Assembly (NCBI RefSeq): GCF_964204645.1
Contig: NC_134034.1
Location: 13,405,062 to 13,469,061 of the forward strand
Reading direction: 5' to 3'
Length of the DNA: 64,000 nt
Origin: Tubulanus polymorphus
Lineage: Eukaryota > Animalia > Nemertea
Every line of letters starts with the position of its first letter. Within the stretch, counting starts at the first letter, position 1. Positions 56,287 to 64,000 of the stretch are shown one piece after another. Below the pieces are notes generated by a model. The model worked only from the letters and a program-made list of their open reading frames with translations. It had not been told where the DNA came from and did not search any database. Position numbers and translations under genes: made by a program.

Positions 56287-56433
56287 GAATTAGTAAATGA
56301 ACTCGTCTGCAGAAATGGCCTCGCGATGGTGAAAACACGACGAGGAGTTTGTTTTCGTAAGCAGTCGCTGGCGCCCCCTATTGAGATAACGTCGAGCGAC
56401 CGGTTTACGCGTCGTAGGTCAGCCATTACCGAG
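56287..56433 (+). CDS. Candidate alternative ERG exon in intron 5 (alternative first coding exon from ATG 56326, or phase 0-0 cassette)
   Basis: Possible acceptor tgacag| at 56286, open frame, strong phase-0 donor GAG|gtaagg at 56433; CG-rich codons like the other ERG exons. No homology support. Confidence 0.4.
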
Positions 56434-56632
56434 GTAAGGCAGTCGCACCAAAGAGAAGTCGGCATCACTTTTCGAGTAGAATGCAGAAAGCCCTTTAAAC
56501 CTGGCTGCTTTTCCAGCCATCACTCGTTTCTATTGTTGCCTTACATGTGATGCTCACCCTAGTGACCAATCAGTGAACAAACGGTCAAATCGTCTCCGTG
56601 TGATCCGGGGGCTGAGTTCCAGTCAATTTCAC

Positions 56633-56876
56633 GAGCTTCGACCAGCTGACCTCTGCTCTGAGCTTCGACCTGCTGGCCTCTGCTCTGAGCTTTGACCAGC
56701 TGGCCTCTGCTCTGAGCTTCGACCAGCTGACCTCTGCTCTGAGCTTTGACCAGCTGGCCTCTGCTCTGAGCTTCGACCAGCTGACCTCTGCTCTGAGCTT
56801 TGACCAGCTGACCTCTGCTCTGAGCTTTGACCAGCTGGCCTCTGCTCTGAGCTTCGACCCGCTGGCCTCTGCTCTA
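56633..56876. repeat. 27-bp minisatellite (9 copies)
   Basis: gagcttcgaccagctgacctctgctct. Confidence 0.94.
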
Positions 56877-59679
56877 AAGTTAGTTAGGATCAGGGATTCG
56901 GAGATGAATTTAATTTTCACCGGGGAAATATTTTCGCTGTCTCGTAATCTGTGATTTGATAAAAATAGGACATTCTTTCGTGTCGAGTCCTCAAAAGTAA
57001 CCGAATTGAAGATTTCTTCTTTCGTGAGTTTTTTTTTCTCACGTAAAATCAGATTTGTCTAGAGATAATTGTTGCGTTTGATCCTAAGATGTTTACACAC
57101 GTTTCAAAAACCCGGACGCATTCTTGACGGAGTTCCGCCCGGTGCTTACTGATGTTTTGAAATGTAAGATTCTAAGTTTGCTCATATTCCACGTGGAATT
57201 GTTTGTTTGCCTCCTCGTTTACTGTTTAAACTGGCGGAAATTATAACCAGTTGTTTGTAAACTGCTCACCTGCCAGGGCTGGTTTCATTGCATATTCTAT
57301 GGTAATTGCTAGGGTAACTCTCGGACAGGTGGGTGGTTATCGGTGAAGCAGTTTTTCAATCTGGACCCAGTTATCATTGTGGATAGATTACCAACCGAGG
57401 CTAGGTTTCATAGATTGAGTGGATTAAGTTATCCCTCGGAATGAGCCCTCAACTCAGACTCCGTTTCATAAAAAACAAGGTATAAAGTTTATCTAGAGGA
57501 TAACTGTTCAATGAGGGCCTGGTTTTATAGGCCGAGTGTCAAAGTGTCGACGAGTATCAACGAAATTTTTAAGTTAGGTTTTTTGTATTTATTGGGTGGA
57601 GGCATCCTTGTGGGGCAGAGGACATTGTTGTGGGGCAGAGGACATTGTTGTGGGGCAGAGGACATAGTTGTGGGGCAGAGGACATTGTTGTGGGGCAGGC
57701 ATAGTCAGTGGCATTGTCTTTGAAAAAGTGACATCATTTTGAGACAGACTTAGATTTTTGTGGGACAAGAGATGTTGTTTGAGGACCTGATATTGTTTCG
57801 GAGCAGAAGACATTGTAATGGGACAGGCGGATTATTGTGGATAGGCGACATCTTTATGGGATAAAATCCTTGTGGGACGGATGACTGTTGTGGGTGATAT
57901 TATTTTGTGGGGCGAACTATATCTTAATGTCTTGTTCGGGTAAATCACATCATCGTGGATGAAATCAATACTCCTTTGTATTTTCTGCACCCTATGACCT
58001 CTGATTTAACCTAAATCACTTGCTGGGAGTTGGTGATGTAGTTAATGTCTAATTCATTAGTTTCATACGCCAATCGCGCTTACTAGGTTGCGTATATTTT
58101 CCAGATGATGAGGCCCCCTAGTGGCAGTTTTATTTACCGATATCTTGATGTTATCGTTTAACAGCGGAATGCAGTTAAATAGCCCCCTCAGTGACAACGT
58201 ATAAAACTAATTACGGCTTAAATCCGCTTTAAGGAACTGAAAATCAAGTGTTTGAGATCACAGAAAGCAACTTTATTAAGTTAATCAATTATCGATGAAA
58301 GTCAAACTTATATCTTCATGGTCGGGGCTCTTGGGGCTGGTTGCATAGTCATGGCTTAGACGTAAGACTAGTCTAAGACCAACCTGGTTCTATAGCCGAT
58401 CTAACAACTTAAGACCAGTCTTCAAGATTTAAGACCACTTTTGGACTTAAGTCACGACTGTGCAACTGGTTCCTGTGATTATATCTCAATACCGCAGTTT
58501 TAAAATCCCATTGAAAGTCGTCGAAAATGAAGTAAATTTGACTCGTGTTAAATCGACTTTTAGTCACGCCATCTTGTGGGATATAGCTGTAATATAGTTG
58601 TTGCAATTTTCCACGAACTCGAATCGAACCCTCCTCCCCTCCGTACGTGAATGGAACGACCCTTCGTCTGTCGTCGTTGTGCGTGAAATGATGATTTTAC
58701 CCGTGTGTGATCTGTATTTTCGAAAACAAAAAAATTCATCTTTTTATTCATATATACATATACATGGGTCCTGATATTTACAGCTGAACCTCGTTATAAA
58801 ATACACTCAGATTCGACAAACGTCGGAAGAAAAATTGACGCATTTCATGCTGGAAAAATAACAAAATATAATGACAAGATTTTCTGGCGTCCCGGGACCA
58901 GTTGCACAGTCTTAAGTTGCACATTTCGAGACCAGTCTGAGCTCATTTTGGTTCTCTAACCGATCAAAAAACATAAGACCAGTCTAAGCTCGTTTCGGAT
59001 CAAGAAGCCAACGTAACAACTCGAGACCATCGTATGATTTCAGATTCTCGTCTGCGCAAAACTGGGTCCCGAGAAGTTCGTCGCAACGAGCTTCACCTGT
59101 AAATATTCACATATATAAATGTATGTATATATGCCTCATGTGAAAATGTGTTTGTAAAACTGTTATATGAAATATATATATATGTATATATATATATGTA
59201 TATAAATGTAGATATTTGTGTAAACGGTATAAATAATATCTCTCTATTGTAGCAAATTCATGACCACTGGACCGGGGTAAATGTCTACTCAATATCTATA
59301 TTTCCTATGCATTATCATCATTATTATAACTATCATTATTATTATCATCATCTAACACATTGTCAGTCTCTGTACTTATTAGACTTCTTTTATTCGTCGA
59401 TCTTTACGTGTATTGGAAATGTTTGTATTTTTTTTCTTTCGAAATTTTTCGAATTTTTTTTTTTTTTTCGTAAAAAAATTTCAATTAAGTTTCCGAATTA
59501 TGCGGCGGCGATTTTCTAACAAGTCTTCACGGTGTTCGTTTTTTACTGATAAAAGATGGCTCTGTTGGCGATCTTTTTCGAATTTTGATTTGTCTTTAGA
59601 AACCGGTGTGCGATGTGTTTTGACTGCGCATGCGGGTTCCCCCTCCCCAAACACCCCTTGATTGAGTTGTGAATATTAA

Positions 59680-59960
59680 CCCTTTCAGTGCATCTACACC
59701 GCAGTGTGGTGTATAAATCAGTGATAGATTTTTCAAGTACACCGCCCTGCGGTGTATTGATGTAATTTGTAATTATCTCTCTTGAAAAATGGCAGCACCT
59801 GTCAAACATAGTGAAATACTAGTAATTAACGATACACCGCGCCGCGGTGTAGACGCATTATGGTGGTATTCCCGTTATTCAACACACTAGGGTGGAATTT
59901 TTTAAAATTTTCAAATTATCTCTAGCACTATAGGGTGTTAACTCGTCGGCACTGAAAGGG
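59680..59960. mobile_element. piggyBac-type MITE, family A (full copy, opposite orientation to the 1188 copy)
   Basis: TTAA|CCCTTTCAGTGC...GCACTGAAAGGG|TTAA; perfect TIR; interior is the reverse complement of 1188-1460. Confidence 0.88.
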
Positions 59961-60642
59961 TTAACAGAAATTCGTTTTTGCTGTGAACTAGATCAACGTC
60001 ATCAAGATTTTTTTCTCCATTTCGTCGGGCGTCCAATTTTATATACTTTAACAATTGAACATTTACCGGTCATTACAGGGAGTCGTCTCAAGCACCCTCT
60101 CATCATTAGTGACACAATGCTGATGAACATGTTATGAAATCCTGAGTAGTTCCATAAAACAGACATCTTGTCCCTAAATTGCGGACAGGATGTAAAGCAT
60201 TCACCAGCGGTCATGCATTGACACCAAACATTTCACTCTTTGAAGTTCCTCCTAGTTTATTTTTTGTTAAGATAGGTCGGGTGGTCAAGGGGTATTTGCA
60301 GTTTTTTGAAATAGTCTCGTCTTCAATTTTCAGTCATCAATGACGCATTCCCTGAATGCTTAGAAAAAGAATGAATGATTTTGGCCCCGGCAATCCCTGA
60401 ACTTACAACGTCATCAAATTCCAATCCATTCAACATCGCTTAACACCATCACTATACTGACACCTATCGATCACTCTTGGCATAATGTATGTTGATTTAT
60501 GCGTGTTTATTGCCACTGTGTCGCTTGAATTATGACGAGTTTGCCCCACTCACGTTTAAACATATCGATGGTTTATTTTCAGAGACTGGCATTGTTGCAT
60601 TATTTTCTTCTGCCTTCTATCAAGTTTCTTCTTTTCTCTGTT

Positions 60643-60677
<35 letters not shown>

Positions 60678-61090
60678 GTCCCTCTCTGTATCTCTGTCCC
60701 TTTCTACCATTTTGCTAAATCACTCCATGTTTTTGGCTTGATTTTGAGTGTGACAAATTTCTGATCTTTGTGTTATCACAACCCGCTTTATGAGCCGGAT
60801 GAGCCTGTGCGGACCCCAATTCAATAGTTCTGAGTCAACTTTTGAATGAAATTTTTTTTGTTTTCAAATATGTATTCAAACAATTTACGGTCGAACAAAC
60901 TTCCATAACTTGGTCAACCGCAACTTGGTTTGGAAAATACCTGACCCTCTTAAACTGCTGGTAGTTTCCTCAAAAAGTTTTTGGGAATTCCATCACATTG
61001 CAGTTTATAACAGTTGTACCTATTGCGATATGGACGTACTGCTTAGTTGTACCTATACTCCGGTCTCAAGAACTACTCAGAAGATCTGAA

Positions 61091-61568
61091 TTGAGCTGAG
61101 TCTACTGTACTATCCAACTCAGATATCACTGTCAAGTCAAAAGATGTGACTTGAGCGGAGTCTACTGTACCATCCAACTCAGATATCGCTTTCAAGTCAA
61201 AAGATCAGACTTGAGCGGAGTCTACTGTACCATCCAACTCAGATATCACTGTCAAGTCAAAAGATGTGACTTGAGTGGAGTCTACTGTACCATCCAACTC
61301 AGATATCGCTTTCAAGTCAAAAGATGTGACTTGAGCGGAGTCTACTGTATCATCCAACTCAGATATCACTCTCAAGTCAAAAGATCTGACTTGAGCTGAG
61401 TCTACTGTATCATCCAACTCCGATATCACTCTCAAGTCAAAAGATGTGACTTGAGCGGAGTCTACTGTATCATCCAACTCAGATATCACTCTCAAGTCAA
61501 AAGATCCGACTTGAGCGGAGTCTACTGTATCATCCAACTCAGATATCACTCTCAAGTCAAAAGATCCA
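61091..61568. repeat. 60-bp minisatellite (8 copies)
   Basis: ttgagcggagtctactgtaycatccaactcagatatcactstcaagtcaaaagatgtgac; units align with the 60-nt lines. Confidence 0.95.
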
Positions 61569-61759
61569 ACTCTAATTCAATGTCAAAAATTTTCTTTTTT
61601 TCATTTCTTCAGCTATTGATATTTTTTTTGTTTTCAATGAAAATCTCTCAATTTGTTCTCAATGTATAGTGAGGGGGCTATAAATGATGATTTGTCAATG
61701 TTGCTTATATTCGTCGTATTATATAAGGTTAATTCAAGTATTGGGGGGCTTGGCTTCAT

Positions 61760-61858
61760 CATCCTCCCTCGGCAGGGATTTGAACCCGATGGCATGACTA
61801 GACGCGCCCGTAGCACGAACCCCAGCCGAGCCCCTGCCACACTAAACCACGGGACTAC
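61760..61858 (-). mobile_element. tRNA-derived SINE head / tRNA pseudogene
   Basis: Minus strand GTAGTCCCGTGGTTTAGTGTGG (A-box-like)...CGGGTTCAAATCCCTGCCGAGGGAGG (B-box); no proper cloverleaf. Confidence 0.6.
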
Positions 61859-64000
61859 TTCACATTTATGAGCTATATTTAGAAAAAGAGTTGATCATTT
61901 GAAAATGAACTGATTTTGACTCAAGAGTTATCTCTAACCACCATGGACTCATTCGTTTAAGAGTTCCTGCTCCTAACAGGCTCATCTCAACAGGGGTCAA
62001 TTCGACTGCCGCTAAGTCAATTGAGTTAATCCCGGGGTTGGAGGTAAATGACCTCCCGCAATTTGTGCTGAGACAAATTTCTATCTCGCAAAAGGTTGTG
62101 CTTTTCATTAGAAAAAAAGATGCTGTACGTTCTGTGCTTAAACTGCTTAGGTCGAACATGTATTCACTAGCTAGCCGTGGTAGTCCTCATGTTTAAAAAG
62201 GCATTATTGCATTGCGTGGTGAATGATACTGGTGGCGCCACCTGGCTTAATGTATCATTTCACTACAATCTGATGTTGTAAACTTATACTTTCTTCTATT
62301 GTTTCCACTATCCGTAAAATAAGCTGTTTATATGTTTCTTATTGCTAAATGTGTCGGTGTTCGAATGGGGTACCGGCAATGCTACTGTGGCGAGTGAGGA
62401 TCCACCAACCAGTTGCGCTAGTGTGCAGTAGGACATCAAATACTGCGACAATAGAAGATTCCACTTGTGGCAAGTGAGGATCCACCAGGTGTTGCTAGTG
62501 TGCAGTAGGACATCAAATACTGCGACAATAGAAGATTCCACTTGTGGCAAGTGAGGATCCACCAGGTGTTGCTAGTGTGCAGTAGGACATCAACTACTGC
62601 GACAATAGAGGATTTTCCACTTGTGGCAAGTGAGGATCCACCAGGTGGCACTAGTGGTTACTCAACTGTCCGCGCCTCAATTTATCGCTTCAATTTATCA
62701 TAATATTTGGATTCAAGTTGATTATTGAAAATGAATGAATTTTGACTATGTTATTAAACTATAATCGGGAACTATCTGGTGGTATGCGCGCTGGTTCCCC
62801 ATTGCATGTTATGTCACAAGATGCTCTCACTGCGCCAGTATGGATAGAGTTTTGCGTCGGTGACGTTGCCAGCAGTGATGAGAAATAATCTTAAGGGGTT
62901 CCATTCCTATAACATCAATTGAACTTAATTTTAAACGAACAATTATGCATTAAGAGGGGTTTGTTTTGATTTTCGATTTTCGCTTAAGTGCATCTGCACC
63001 GCAGCGCGATGTATAAATCAGTGATGAACTTTGTTAGTACGCGGTGTATCGATGTAATTAGTAATTCTCTATTGAACGAGGGCACGACCTGTCAAACATA
63101 GTGAAAATTAGTAACTAAGGATACACCGCGCTGCGGTGTAGTTGCACTATAGCTATACTATTTCTTTTGAAATGCTAAAAACAAAAAAGTTGGAGTACTT
63201 GAATAGATTTTCGAATTTTTCTTTGGTTTTTAGTAAAAAAGCAATATTCAGGGTAAATTTAACCTGTTATCAATTCTAAGTATCTTCAATACATGATGTA
63301 TACCTGTCTAGAGACCTTCCAAAAGTATTTGCGGTAATAAAAGACCAACACGTAAATATGCAGTTAAAAAGTAGCGACTAAACCGCAAAAATTTGAGACA
63401 AATTACTTATTTCTTAAAATGGTTCCCATAGAGTGACTTACAGAGACTTAATCTTCCATTAGTTACTATCAATATTATTATCAGTATTATCATTATCACC
63501 TATTATTCCTTACACAGTGTCTTATTGTAAGGCTCTAAGGAGCTTTACAGAATACGTGATAATATATATACAATTAAGTCGCAATGTAGAATAAAATGAG
63601 ATAAAACTATAGTAGTCTTCAGACCTCAGGTAAAATGCCTTCTAAAAAGGTAAAAGCGTTTAATGAACTGTCCAGCTAAACATTCATCGGTAGAGCATCG
63701 AAACAAACAGTCAATAACATAACGCATTACTAATGGAACTTTAATAAAATGTCCAAAACGGTCTGAAAACTGCAAATAAAAAAAAAACCTAAACAAGAGC
63801 ATTGAGCATCTCTTTATGTACGTAAACGATGGGTATTGTATCGATCGGACAAACTCTGCTTTATGAAATTATCGGTTTTCGGCGCGTGTTGATAAGTCCC
63901 GGCATTCGACGGGCCGAGTACGCGGTCCATCGCTAGGCTGACGAGCAGATGTAATTACTCGAAAGTGTTATCGCGTGAGAATGAAGTGCTTTTGTCATTT

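Noticed and set aside
50653-64000. ERG exon 6 (VLSLGADVLPEYK-type) and transmembrane exons
   Set aside because: Not found by eye; presumed to lie beyond the window end.

Overview
Eukaryotic (bilaterian invertebrate-like) genomic DNA containing the 5' halves of two spliced genes arranged head-to-head, with start codons about 2.24 kb apart. (1) NDUFS1, the 75-kDa Fe-S subunit of mitochondrial complex I, is on the - strand: 9 coding exons from the ATG at 4434 down to 114, short GT-AG introns (118-647 bp), continuing off the left edge. (2) An ERG/KCNH2-type (Kv11) potassium channel is on the + strand: 5 coding exons (6675-6750, 20584-20814, 41018-41170, 41657-42007, 50432-50652; 344 codons covering PAS-cap, PAS/PAC and linker), with the transmembrane exons beyond the right edge. 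The large ERG introns are filled with minisatellites, microsatellites, TTAA-flanked piggyBac-type MITEs and tRNA-derived SINE heads; almost all long ORFs in the supplied track are repeat artefacts. Most notable non-obvious items: a 7-copy tandem array of minimal type-I hammerhead ribozyme motifs antisense in ERG intron 1, plus a degenerate one antisense in an NDUFS1 intron; a candidate 36-codon ERG1b-like alternative exon in intron 5; a 77-bp satellite visibly derived from a tRNA-like SINE head; two satellite families forming nested inverted repeats around the in-frame PAS exon; and CTCF-like motifs in one cluster and in a repeat family. All calls were made by eye without database searches.
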